Assembly (NCBI RefSeq): GCF_000284115.1
Contig: NC_017080.1
Span: 2,910,001-2,942,000, forward strand
Reading direction: 5' to 3'
Length of the DNA stretch: 32,000 nt
Source: Phycisphaera mikurensis NBRC 102666
GTDB taxonomy: Bacteria > Planctomycetota > Phycisphaerae > Phycisphaerales > Phycisphaeraceae
Within the stretch, counting starts at the first letter, position 1, and each line of letters starts with the position of its first letter. Positions 1 to 9,108 of the stretch are shown here, in pieces. Both the position numbers and the translations under genes were made by a program. A model generated the notes under the pieces. It made no database searches and was not told the origin of the DNA. It saw only the letters and a program-made list of their open reading frames with translations.

Positions 1-1482
1 GCGGCGGTTGAGCAGCAGCACCACCTGGCCCCCGCCGTCGAGCGTCTCCGCGATCGCCGCCTCCAGCCGCCGCGACAGGAGGTGCACCCCCTTCCGTTCC
101 CGCCGCTCCCGGGCGAGATCGACGACCTCCACCCTCGGCAGCTTCGCCCCCGCCACCCGATCCGGCAGCGACAGCAGGCTCCACCCTGCCTGACTTCCGC
201 TCTTCTTTGCTTCTTCGCTTCTTCGTTTGCCGGGCAAAGCCCGGGCGTAACTCTCCAGCGCCGGCGTCGCCGACCCCAGCACCACCGGGCACCCCCGCCC
301 CCCCGCCGCCATCGCCGCCCGCTTGATCGCGACGTCCCGGCCGTGGTACCGCGGCAGCTGGTCCTGCTTGTAGCCGGTGTCGTGCTCCTCGTCGACGATC
401 ACCAGGTCCAGCCGCGGCAGCGGCGCGAAGACCGCGGAGCGGGCGCCGATGACGATCCGCGACGTTCCCTCGCTCACCCGCCGCCAGTGCGCGTGCCGCT
501 GCCCGGGCGTGAGCCCCGAGTGCAGCACGGCGACACCGGCCGCGCCCGGACCGGACGAGCCGCCGAAGCGTGCCGCGAACCGCCCGACCGTCTGCGGCGT
601 GAGCGCGATCTCCGGCACCAGCACCAGCACGCACGCCTGGGGCTCGAGCTCGCGCAGCTTCGCGATCGCCTGCAGGTAGACCTCGGTCTTCCCCGAGCCG
701 GTCACGCCGTGCAGGAGGTCGACGTGGAAGCTTCCAAAGCGCGAGACGATCGCGTTGACCGCGTCCCGCTGCGCCGGCTCCAGCCGCTGCGCAGCGTCCG
801 CCTCCGGCGGGGCGACCGCGTCGAGGTTGCCGGTGACGACCTCCTCGCTCCGCTCCTCAAGCCGCCCCGCCTCCAGCAACTTCTGCAGCGGCCCCGCCGT
901 CTTCGCCCCCGCCCGCTCCAGCAACTCCTTCCGCTCCACCCAGCCAGCGCCCGCGGACTCGAGGATCGCTCGCTGCAGCTTCGTCGTCTTCTGCTGACTT
1001 CCCCGCTTCTCCGCTTCTCCGCTTCCCCGCTTGCCCTCCGCCGCTCGGTACGAGCGGCGGACGCTCACCCCCGTCCCGTGCTTCACGCTCGCCGGCAGCA
1101 TCGTCGCCAGCGTCATCCCGATCGGGCACGCGTAGTACCGGCTCATCCAGCCGGCCAGCCCGACGAGGTCGGCCGGCAGCTTCACCGCCAGCCCCAGCCG
1201 GCCGCGGACCGGCTTGATCTTCGCCGCCTCCACGCCCGCCGGCGGATCGTCCGACACCGCGACCACGAAGCCCTGGACGGGCTTGTCCCCCCGCCCCAGC
1301 GGCACCGTCACCCGATCGCCCACGCCGAGGTCGCCAAGCGAGGGAACCCCCTCCGGCACCGCGTAGGTGAAGCCGCGCGGCTCCGCGTCCACGCCCCGCT
1401 CCACCGCGACCTGCACGTAGAAGGCCGCATCGAGCCGGGGAGCGGGCGGCGTCGCGTCTTCACCGAAGAGTCCCGCGGGCAT
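1..1482 (-). CDS. priA: Primosomal protein N' (PriA replication-restart helicase), 3' end beyond the window
   Basis: Minus-strand frame open from ATG at 1482 to the window edge. Encodes [20 protein letters not shown] (Walker A), [30 protein letters not shown] (DExH box), [18 protein letters not shown] and QVVLLLNRR, all typical of PriA. Confidence 0.93.
   Translation of the reverse strand, partial: [494 protein letters not shown]
190..231 (-). repeat. 42-nt repeat, copy B, inside priA
   Basis: + strand ctgacttccgctcttctttgcttcttcgcttcttcgtttgcc; 34/42 identical by eye to the copy at 994-1035, same frame. Confidence 0.8.
994..1035 (-). repeat. 42-nt repeat, copy A, inside priA
   Basis: + strand ctgacttccccgcttctccgcttctccgcttccccgcttgcc; 34/42 identical to 190-231. 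Confidence 0.8.
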
Positions 1483-1494
1483 GGCCAAACGTAG

Positions 1495-1540
1495 CCGCGG
1501 ACCGCAGCCGCTCCGCCGCGGAAGCCCCCGCGATCCGCGG
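1495..1540. repeat. 46-bp palindromic-ended element, copy 1
   Basis: CCGCGGACCG (1495-1504), 26 nt, CGATCCGCGG (1531-1540). Intergenic, 32 nt past the stop of the reductase gene. Confidence 0.75.
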
Positions 1541-1572
1541 CGGCGCAGGCGGCTGGCGGGTCGCCGGCCGGT

Positions 1573-2664
1573 TCAGCCGCTCAGCGTCGGGTAGTCGGTG
1601 TAGCCGTGTGCGTCGCCGCCGTAGAAGGCGTCGGTGATCGGCTCGTTGTAGGGGCCGCCCCGCTCCAGCCGCTCGGGCAGGTCGGGGTTGGCGAGGTACA
1701 GGCGGCCGAAGGCGATGAGGTCGGCGTCGCCGGCGTCGAGCTTCTCGATCGCCCGCTCGCGGTCGTAGTCGCCGCAGGCGATCAAGGTGTTGCCGAAGTG
1801 CGGGCGGAGCTTCGCCGCCTCGAACTCGCCGGCGCCGTGGCGGAAGTCGCCGGCGCTGGGCTCGTTCACGTGGAGGTAGACCAGGCCGATGCGGTCCATC
1901 TCCCCCGCCAGGTGGGAGAAGGTCTCCTCGGGGTCGTGGTCGTGCATGTCGCCGAAGGTGCCGGTGGGCGAGACGCGGATGCCGACGCGGTCGGCGCCCC
2001 AGACGCCGGCGCACGCCTCGGCGACGCGGACGGCGAAGCGGCAGCGATTGGCGACGCTGCCGCCGTAGTCGTCGGTCCGCTCGTTGCTGCCGGTCCGCAG
2101 GAACTGGTCGAGCAGGTAGCCGTTGGCGGCGTGGACCTCGACGCCGTCGAAGCCCGCGTCCCTGGCCACCTCCGCCGCGTGGCGGTACGCGCCGACGATC
2201 CGGTCGATCTCCTCGACCGCGAGCGGCCGCGGCGTCACGAAGTCCTTCATCCCGGTGGGCGTCGCGGCCTGCCCGCTCGTGATCTTGATGGCGCTTGCGG
2301 ACACCGGCTGCTCGCCGCCGAGCAGGTCGGGGTGGGCCACGCGGCCGCAGTACCAGAGCTGGGCGAAGATGCGGCCGCCGGCTCCGTGCACCGCATCGGT
2401 GACGAGCTTCCAGCCCGCTTCCTGCTTGTCGCTGTGGATCCCCGGCGTGCCGGGGTAGCCGATGCCGCCCGGCGAGACCTGCGTGGCCTCGGAGACGATG
2501 AGCGCTGCGCCCGCCCGCTGCCGGTAGTACTCCGCGTTGAGGGCGTGGGGCGCGAGATCCTCGTCCGCCCGGTTCCGCGTGAGCGGCGCCATGACGATCC
2601 GGCTGGGGAGCGCGGTCGGGCCGAGGTGGTACGGCTGGAAGAGCGAGGCGGCGGCGTCGGGCAT
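1573..2664 (-). CDS. Old Yellow Enzyme family NADH:flavin oxidoreductase / alkene reductase
   Basis: 363-aa ORF with LFQPYHLGPTALPSRIVMAPLTRNRA, GGRIFAQLWYCGRVAHP, GFDGVEVHAANGYLLDQFL and DLIAFGRLYLANPDLPERL, typical of the NemA/OYE family. Confidence 0.93.
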   Translation of the reverse strand: MPDAAASLFQPYHLGPTALPSRIVMAPLTRNRADEDLAPHALNAEYYRQRAGAALIVSEATQVSPGGIGYPGTPGIHSDKQEAGWKLVTDAVHGAGGRIFAQLWYCGRVAHPDLLGGEQPVSASAIKITSGQAATPTGMKDFVTPRPLAVEEIDRIVGAYRHAAEVARDAGFDGVEVHAANGYLLDQFLRTGSNERTDDYGGSVANRCRFAVRVAEACAGVWGADRVGIRVSPTGTFGDMHDHDPEETFSHLAGEMDRIGLVYLHVNEPSAGDFRHGAGEFEAAKLRPHFGNTLIACGDYDRERAIEKLDAGDADLIAFGRLYLANPDLPERLERGGPYNEPITDAFYGGDAHGYTDYPTLSG

Positions 2665-2746
2665 GGGCGAAGCTAGCGCGCAGCCTGCCCGGCGACGCCG
2701 GTTGCCGGGCCGCCGACGCCGCTTTGCCCTTCTTTAGGCTCGCCGC

Positions 2747-5440
2747 ATGGCCACCGCCGACACGCCCGCGATGAAGCAGTACAAGCGCTTCAAAGCCCAG
2801 CACCCCGGGTGCGTGCTGTTCTTCCGGATGGGCGACTTCTACGAGATGTTCTACGAGGACGCGGACCTGGCCCACCGCGTGCTGGGGATCACGCTCTCGC
2901 AGCGGACCGCCGGGGTGCCGATGGCGGGCGTGCCGCACCACAGCGTCGAGGGGTACCTCAAGCGGATGATCCAGGCGGGGCACCGGGTGGCCGTGTGCGA
3001 GCAGACGCAGGACCCCAAGGAAGCGAAGGGCGTGGTCGACCGCGACGTCACGCGGGTGGTGTCGCCGGGCACGCTCACCGACGAGGCGCTGATGGACGCG
3101 GGCGAACCGGCGGCGGTCGCGGCGGCGCATCCTTTGAAGGACGGCCGCGTCGCGTTGGCCTGGGCGGAGTTGTCGACCGGGGCGTTCGGCTTTGCCGCGG
3201 TGGACGCGGACGAAGCCGCCGGCGAGCTGGCCCGGCTCTCGGTGGCGGAGCTGCTTTTCTCCGACCCCGACGACGGCTCGGTGCCTCCCGCGACGGAAGC
3301 GCTGAGGCGGGCGCTGGACGTCCCGGCCTCGCCGCGGCCGGGCTACACCTTCCGGCCGGCCGAGGCGGTGACGCTGCTCAAGCGGCAGTTCGGCGTGGCC
3401 GACCTCGGCGGCTTCGGGCTCGGCGACGACGACCCGGCGCTGCCGGCGGTCGGGGCGGTGCTCGCGTACCTGCACGAGACGCAGCGGACGGATCCTCAAA
3501 CCGGAAGGCTGCCCCACCTGCAGCCGCCCCGCCGGCTGGACCGGGCGGGCAGCCTCATCATCGACGCGGCCTCGCTCGCGTCGCTGGAGGTGGTGAGAAC
3601 GCAGGCGGCCGCGGGGGCGAGCGGCGAGACGGCGGGCTCGCTCCTGGGCGTGCTCTCGGGCAACGGGAAAGCGACGCGGACGCCCATGGGCGGCCGGCTG
3701 CTGCGGCGGTGGCTGTGCTTCCCGCTGCGGGACGCCGAGGCGATCGGCCGCCGGCAGGACGTGGTCGCCTCGCTCGCGGACGACGGCCGCTTCGTCAACG
3801 AGCTGAGCGTGCAGCTCAAGCGGATCCAGGACGTGCCGCGGATCGCCGGCCGCTTGGGCGTGGGCCGGCTCACGCCGCGCGACCTGGTGGCGCTGGGCCG
3901 CAGCGTGGCGGCGGCGCGGACGCTGGCGGAGGTGCTCGGCGGCCGCGAACCCGTCGCCCCCTTCCACGATCGGCTCGACCCGCTGGTCGGACCGCTGATG
4001 GGCCTCGCCGAGACGCTCGACGACACCTGCCTCCAGGAGGACGCCCCCTCGCACCTCCGCGCCGGCGGCGTCTTCTGCGACGGCTTCGACCGGGAGCTCG
4101 ATGCCCAGCGCGACCTCATGCAGCACGGAGACCGCTGGCTCGCCGCGTACCAGCAGGAGATGAGCGAGAAGCTCGGGATCCCGGTGAAGGTCGGATTCAA
4201 CAAGGTCTTCGGCTACTACCTCGAGCTGACGGCCGTGCAGGCCGCGAAGCTGCACGACCGCGACGCCGCCACCGCGGGGTGGACCCGGAAGCAGACGCTC
4301 AAGAACGCCGAGCGCTACATCACCGCCGAGCTCAAGGACCACGAAACCCGCGTGCTCGCCGCGGAGGACCGCGCGATCGCCCGCGAGCTGGAGCTGTTCG
4401 CCGGGCTCTGCGACCAGGCGGCGCAGCGGATCCCGCAGCTGCAGGCCTACGCCGAGCTGGCCGCCGAGCTGGACGTGCTGCTGCTCTTCGCGGAGCGCGC
4501 GGCCAAGGGCGGGCACTGCCGGCCGACGCTCGTCGACGGCCCCGTGCTCGACGTCGCCGGGGGCCGGCACCCGGCGCTCGACGAGCTGCTCGGAACCGGC
4601 TTCGTCGCCAACGCGATCCACCTCGGCGGCGCCGGCCGGGCGCCGTTGGCGCTGCTCACCGGACCCAACATGGCCGGCAAGAGCACGTACATCCGGCAGG
4701 CCGCGCTGCTCACGCTGCTCGCCCACACCGGCGCGTTCCTGCCGGCGGAGTCCGCCACCGTCGGCCTCACCGACCGCATCTTCACCCGCGTCGGCGCCCA
4801 GGACCAGCTGCACGCCGGACGCTCCACCTTCATGGTCGAGATGACCGAGGCCGCGGAGATCTGCCGCCACGCGGGCCCCCACTCCCTGGTGATCCTCGAC
4901 GAGATCGGCCGCGGGACCAGCACCTACGACGGCTTGAGCCTCGCCTGGGCGATCGCCGAGCACCTCGAGGCCGTCGGCTGCCGCACGCTCTTCGCCACGC
5001 ACTACCACGAGCTGACGGCGCTGGCTGGAACCCGCTCCGGCATCGCGAACCTGCACGTGAAGGCCCGCCCGCTCAACGGCGAGATGGTCTTCCTGCACAC
5101 GGTGGAGCCCGGCGCGACCGACCGCAGCTACGGCGTGGAGGTCGCCCGCCTCGCGGGCATGCCGCCGGCGGTGACCGACCGCGCCGGGTCCCTGCTCGAG
5201 GCGTTCGAGGAGAAGGCGGCGGGATCCGCGGACCGCGTGCCCCCACCGCCCCAACGACCGACGGTCCGCGGCGCGGCGAGATCCAAGCCGCTTCGGCCGC
5301 CCAAGCCGCAGCTTGCGCTCTTCGGTCTGCCGGAGGACCATCCGGTCCTCTCGCGGCTGGCCGGGCTCGGCGATGCCGCCCTGAGCCCGGGCGAGGCGGA
5401 GGCCGAGCTGGACGCGCTGCGGACGCTGCTTCGGGGTTGA
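2747..5440 (+). CDS. mutS: DNA mismatch repair protein MutS
   Basis: 897-aa ORF: FFRMGDFYEMFYEDA mismatch-recognition motif, TGPNMAGKSTYIRQ Walker A, VILDEIGRGTSTYDGLSLAWAIAEHL and TLFATHYHEL. Confidence 0.98.
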   Translation: MATADTPAMKQYKRFKAQHPGCVLFFRMGDFYEMFYEDADLAHRVLGITLSQRTAGVPMAGVPHHSVEGYLKRMIQAGHRVAVCEQTQDPKEAKGVVDRDVTRVVSPGTLTDEALMDAGEPAAVAAAHPLKDGRVALAWAELSTGAFGFAAVDADEAAGELARLSVAELLFSDPDDGSVPPATEALRRALDVPASPRPGYTFRPAEAVTLLKRQFGVADLGGFGLGDDDPALPAVGAVLAYLHETQRTDPQTGRLPHLQPPRRLDRAGSLIIDAASLASLEVVRTQAAAGASGETAGSLLGVLSGNGKATRTPMGGRLLRRWLCFPLRDAEAIGRRQDVVASLADDGRFVNELSVQLKRIQDVPRIAGRLGVGRLTPRDLVALGRSVAAARTLAEVLGGREPVAPFHDRLDPLVGPLMGLAETLDDTCLQEDAPSHLRAGGVFCDGFDRELDAQRDLMQHGDRWLAAYQQEMSEKLGIPVKVGFNKVFGYYLELTAVQAAKLHDRDAATAGWTRKQTLKNAERYITAELKDHETRVLAAEDRAIARELELFAGLCDQAAQRIPQLQAYAELAAELDVLLLFAERAAKGGHCRPTLVDGPVLDVAGGRHPALDELLGTGFVANAIHLGGAGRAPLALLTGPNMAGKSTYIRQAALLTLLAHTGAFLPAESATVGLTDRIFTRVGAQDQLHAGRSTFMVEMTEAAEICRHAGPHSLVILDEIGRGTSTYDGLSLAWAIAEHLEAVGCRTLFATHYHELTALAGTRSGIANLHVKARPLNGEMVFLHTVEPGATDRSYGVEVARLAGMPPAVTDRAGSLLEAFEEKAAGSADRVPPPPQRPTVRGAARSKPLRPPKPQLALFGLPEDHPVLSRLAGLGDAALSPGEAEAELDALRTLLRG
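5226..5271. repeat. 46-bp palindromic-ended element, copy 2 (inside mutS)
   Basis: CCGCGGACCG (5226-5235), 26 nt, CGGTCCGCGG (5262-5271). Encodes part of SADRVPPPPQRPTVRG between the ATPase and C-terminal regions. Confidence 0.7.
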
Positions 5441-5470
5441 TCGCGCGGCGTGGGGCGTACGGTCGCGGGC

Positions 5471-6454
5471 ATGCGACGCGCATCCCCCGGCCCTGTCCTG
5501 CTGCTCATCGCCCTTGGCACGCTCGCCGCGCCGGCGCGCCCGCAGCAGGCGGTGGAGGCGGCGGAGCCGGCGGACGCGGCCGCCGCGGGGGTGACGCTGA
5601 GCGTCCGGCCGGTCCACGTCCAGCTGCAGCGGTCGCTGGGGTTCGACGAGGAAGGCGAGGTGCGGCAGCGCGACGCCGGCCTCGCGATCCGCCTCGTCGC
5701 GGACGTCGAGACCGGGCTGGAGGTGCTGTCGGTCGCGCCGCCGGAGGTCGCCTCGCTCACCTGCTCCTTCGGCCTGGCGATCCCGCTGCCGCCCGGAGCC
5801 CGCCCGCGGCAGGGACCCCAGCCGCTGCAGCGTCGCCACGGCGACGCCGGACCCGGCAGCGTCTCCATCCAGCTGCAGCTGCCGCACCCGCCGGCGGCGG
5901 ACGGGATCCGCGAGGCCAGCGGCACGCTGACGCTGACCGTGGCCGACGGGCCCCGCCGCGAGCTGCGCTTCGTCCCGCTCGACCGCTTCCTGGGGCGGAC
6001 GGTGGTGGTCGAAGACCTCGGGGGTGCGGAGGTGAAGCCCACCCGCGACCGCAACGGCCGCGTCCGCTTCGACGTGCCGGCCGCGTTGGCCAGGAAGGTC
6101 GGTGGCGTCGGCTACGCCCGCCCCGGCGAGGCCGCCGCGTTCGACCCGGAGCCCGCCCGCTTCAGCCCGCAGGGCGGGGATCAGGCCACCGTGTGGCTGC
6201 AGGACCAACGCGTCCCCGAGGGCGGGGGCGTGGTGTTCCGCGTGTACCCGGACGCCCGCGAGATCGTGCTGCCTTGGCGATGCGGGCCTTTCGCGTTGCC
6301 CACGGCGCAGCCCCCGGCCGGCCTCCGGCTGGCGCTGCGAACGGTGGCCGAGGGTGCCGCTCCGGAAGGCGAAGCCGGGCCCGGCGCGGCCGAAGCGGCG
6401 GACCGGCCGCTGCCGCTGCGCATCGACGGCGAGCCGCAGCCGCCCCTGGAGTGA
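5471..6454 (+). CDS. Secreted hypothetical protein
   Basis: ORF with N-terminal signal-like MRRASPGPVLLLIALGTLAAPARPQQ. ORF track starts at GTG 5450; ATG 5471 fits the signal peptide better. Stop overlaps the next start (TGATG). Confidence 0.7.
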   Translation: MRRASPGPVLLLIALGTLAAPARPQQAVEAAEPADAAAAGVTLSVRPVHVQLQRSLGFDEEGEVRQRDAGLAIRLVADVETGLEVLSVAPPEVASLTCSFGLAIPLPPGARPRQGPQPLQRRHGDAGPGSVSIQLQLPHPPAADGIREASGTLTLTVADGPRRELRFVPLDRFLGRTVVVEDLGGAEVKPTRDRNGRVRFDVPAALARKVGGVGYARPGEAAAFDPEPARFSPQGGDQATVWLQDQRVPEGGGVVFRVYPDAREIVLPWRCGPFALPTAQPPAGLRLALRTVAEGAAPEGEAGPGAAEAADRPLPLRIDGEPQPPLE

Positions 6455-6936
6455 TGCGGCTGCCCGACACCCCCACGCGGATGCCGCTCCTGCCGATCGC
6501 CTCGTTCCTGCTCGCGGCGACCGCCTGCGACCACGCACCCGACCGCGTCATGCCCCCGCCGCCCGAGATCGACGCCGCGACGTTCGACGCCTGGGCGTGG
6601 GAGAAGCGGCCGGTGGTCGTCGCCGGCGAGCCCGACGCGGTGGCGGCCCAGGTGGACCTGCTGGAAGCCGAAGCGGCCGGGCTCGCGGAGCGGGCGATGA
6701 TCGTCGTGCCCGTCACCGGCGAGGATGCCGCTCCGGCGTCCATCAAGGAGCGCTTCGGCATCGATCCCGCCGCCCGTCTCACCGTCCTGCTCGTGGGCAA
6801 AGACACCGGCGTGAAGCGGCGGGAGGTCGACCCGCCCGAGCCGGTGACGCCCGCCTCGCTGTTCGCCGAGGTCGACCGGATGCCGATGCGGCAACGCGAG
6901 GCGCGCGAGGCGCGCGGGGCTCCACCGGCGCCGTGA
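6454..6936 (+). CDS. Predicted lipoprotein, possibly DUF4174-like
   Basis: 160-aa ORF MRLPDTPTRMPLLPIASFLLAATACDHAPD with lipobox-like LAATAC; body ...LVVVAGEPDAVAAQVDLLEAE...ERFGIDPAARLTVLLVGKDTGVK resembles DUF4174-type domains. Confidence 0.6.
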   Translation: MRLPDTPTRMPLLPIASFLLAATACDHAPDRVMPPPPEIDAATFDAWAWEKRPVVVAGEPDAVAAQVDLLEAEAAGLAERAMIVVPVTGEDAAPASIKERFGIDPAARLTVLLVGKDTGVKRREVDPPEPVTPASLFAEVDRMPMRQREAREARGAPPAP

Positions 6937-6988
6937 GGCCCCGAGGCGCCCCCCGGGCGGCTCGCGATCCGGCGACGCGGTCGCCGGC

Positions 6989-8077
6989 TCAGGCGTGGAG
7001 CCGCTTGCGCGTCTCGCGCCAGGTGGTGAAGGTGAAGCCGAGCGCGACGACCGGCAGCGCCACCCAGAGCAGGGCGTTCTCGAGCCAGTCCGGCAAGCCC
7101 GCCCCCTTCGCGGCCAGGACGGTGGCGACGACGTAGAGGACGTAGGCCGCGAGCAGCAGGCCACCCTCGGGGCGGCTGATCCGCCCCCCCGTGAAGAACA
7201 GCGGCAGGCAGGCCACCGCGGCGAGGATCATCACCGGCAGGTCGCCCCAGAGCACGCTGCCGGGGATGACCAGCCCGGTGCCGCCGGGGGCGAAGGCGGC
7301 GGAGACGCCCAGGATGCCGAGCACGTTGAAGATGTTGCTGCCGACGACGTTGCCCACCGCGACGTCGCGCTGCCCGCGGAAGGCGGCGAGGAGGCTGGTC
7401 GCCAGCTCGGGCAAGCCGGTGCCGGCGCCGACGATCGTCAGCCCGATGACCAGCTCCGACACGCCCGCGGCGCGGGCGATGGTGGAAGCGGAATCCACTA
7501 GCAGGTCCGAGCCGATCGCCAGCAGCAGCAGGCCGGCGAGCACGCGGCCGACGTCGAAGACGATCCACTTCACCCCGGGCGGGACCGGCTTCTTCGCCGC
7601 CTCGTCCACCTCGACCTCGCCGGGGTTGCGGCGGGCGAGCCGGATCAGCCAGACGAGGTACCCGATGAGGCCGGCGAAGAGCAGCACGCCCTCCACGCGG
7701 GAGATCAGCCCGTCGAAGCCCGCCAGGACCGGGGCGAAGCTCGCGGCGAGCATCACCGGCATGTCGCGGCGGAGCACCTCGCCCTGCACGATCAGGGGAG
7801 CGATCAGAGAGGCGATGCCCAGGATGCACAGCGTGTTGAAGATGTTGCTGCCGATCGCGTTGCCGACCGCGACGTCGCCCGAGCCGTTGTAGACGGCGCC
7901 CAGGCCGACCGCCAGCTCGGGGCTGCTGGTGCCCAACGCGACGACGGTGAGGCCGACCACCAGCGGCGAGATGCCGACCCGGCGGGCCAGGCGGACGCCG
8001 CCACCGACCAGGCCCTCGGCGCCGACCACCAGCAGCACGAGGCCCAGCACCAACCACAGGAACACCAGCGGACTCAT
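6989..8077 (-). CDS. Calcium/sodium antiporter, CaCA family
   Basis: Duplicated alpha-repeats GLTVVALGTSSPELAVGLGA...GNAIGSNIFN and GLTIVGAGTGLPELATSLLAAFRG...GNVVGSNIFNVLGILG. Start set at MSPLVFLWLVLG (8077). Confidence 0.92.
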   Translation of the reverse strand: MSPLVFLWLVLGLVLLVVGAEGLVGGGVRLARRVGISPLVVGLTVVALGTSSPELAVGLGAVYNGSGDVAVGNAIGSNIFNTLCILGIASLIAPLIVQGEVLRRDMPVMLAASFAPVLAGFDGLISRVEGVLLFAGLIGYLVWLIRLARRNPGEVEVDEAAKKPVPPGVKWIVFDVGRVLAGLLLLAIGSDLLVDSASTIARAAGVSELVIGLTIVGAGTGLPELATSLLAAFRGQRDVAVGNVVGSNIFNVLGILGVSAAFAPGGTGLVIPGSVLWGDLPVMILAAVACLPLFFTGGRISRPEGGLLLAAYVLYVVATVLAAKGAGLPDWLENALLWVALPVVALGFTFTTWRETRKRLHA

Positions 8078-8111
8078 GCGCGGACGGTACCCCGGAGGCC
8101 GCGCCGGCCGC

Positions 8112-8888
8112 TCAGGCCGCGAGGCGGGCCGTGCCGGGTTCCGCGTCGGCGTCCTGGGCGAGCCGCAGGATCGTCTCGGGCATCGTCGCCTCGCTCGCCT
8201 GCTTCGAGAGCGATCCGAGCACCTCCGCACGCCGGTCCTCGAAGTACGCGACGAGGGCCTCGATCTCTCCCTTGAAGCGACGGCCGCGGGCCTGGATGTC
8301 GTCGTCGGCGGCGGCGAAGGTCTCGGCCAGCCACTCGTTCTGGCTCTCGATCATGTCCTGGATGCGGGCGGCGAGCCGGTCGGCGGCGGCGTCGGTGTCG
8401 CCGAGCGTTTCGAGCGTCGGGTCGCTCAAGCCCGCACGCTTCGCCTCGGCAACCAGCGCCCCGAGGCGCCCGGAAAGCTCGGCCGCGTCCTTCATCACCG
8501 GCTCGAGGCCGTGCGCCTCGTCCACAATCGAGCCGAGGCGCTCGGCGAGATTCACCAGCTTCATCTCCATGCGTTCGAGCTGCTGGAGGCGGCGGTCGAC
8601 CCGCACCTCCGCCTGCTGCAGGCTCTCCAGACGGCCGGCAACCGCTTCACGCAAGCGCTCGACCTTGCCGATGAGCCGGGCGACGGCGTCGTCGTCCGCG
8701 GCGATCGGCTGCGCGATCGGGAGGCTCATGTCCGCGATGGTCTCCGCCGCCCGCTCCGCCTGCTCGCGCGTGTCCTTGAGCAGCTCCAGCAGGCGGAAGC
8801 GCTCCTGCCGGGCGCGGTCGAGCAAGGTGGCGAGCTGGCCCGAGGTCTCCTGCGTCTGCTCGGCGATGGCGGTTCTGAGGTCGGGCAT
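8112..8888 (-). CDS. Coiled-coil hypothetical protein
   Basis: Internal start MPDLRTAIAEQTQETSGQ at 8888 of the longer ORF 8112..9431; heptad-rich body with no catalytic motif recognised. Confidence 0.65.
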   Translation of the reverse strand: MPDLRTAIAEQTQETSGQLATLLDRARQERFRLLELLKDTREQAERAAETIADMSLPIAQPIAADDDAVARLIGKVERLREAVAGRLESLQQAEVRVDRRLQQLERMEMKLVNLAERLGSIVDEAHGLEPVMKDAAELSGRLGALVAEAKRAGLSDPTLETLGDTDAAADRLAARIQDMIESQNEWLAETFAAADDDIQARGRRFKGEIEALVAYFEDRRAEVLGSLSKQASEATMPETILRLAQDADAEPGTARLAA

Positions 8889-9108
8889 GGCGGGCTCGGG
8901 AGCGGAATCGGACGCGTTCCGCCGCGGCGGCGGGTTCGCTGCCCGGACCATCGGCACGATCCGGGCGCGACTTGGGGCCCGCGCCCGCCGGGGGCGTGGA
9001 CCCGCGGGCCGCAGCGACCGAGGCTCCCGCGCCGCCGCCGAGTGCCGCGGCACCGCCCCGGAGGCGCAGCTATAAGGAGGCCGCCCCGATTGCGAACCCG
9101 AGAAACCC

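Noticed and set aside
1202-1211. Extra CCGCGGACCG arm inside priA coding sequence
   Set aside because: No partner arm 36 nt away; treated as a chance or codon-driven match, not an element copy.
82-1494. 470-aa plus-strand ORF over priA
   Set aside because: Arg/Leu-rich low-complexity translation opposite a clear PriA reading frame.
8922-8966. Possible degenerate seventh element copy (CCGCGGCGGC ... CGATCCGGGC)
   Set aside because: Both arms are poor matches and the offset is 35, not 36; insufficient to claim.
8889-9108. SAM riboswitch upstream of metK
   Set aside because: GCAGCTATAAGG superficially recalls a SAM-II 3' end, but the other conserved SAM-I/SAM-II segments are absent by eye. 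A cmscan with Rfam SAM models would be decisive.
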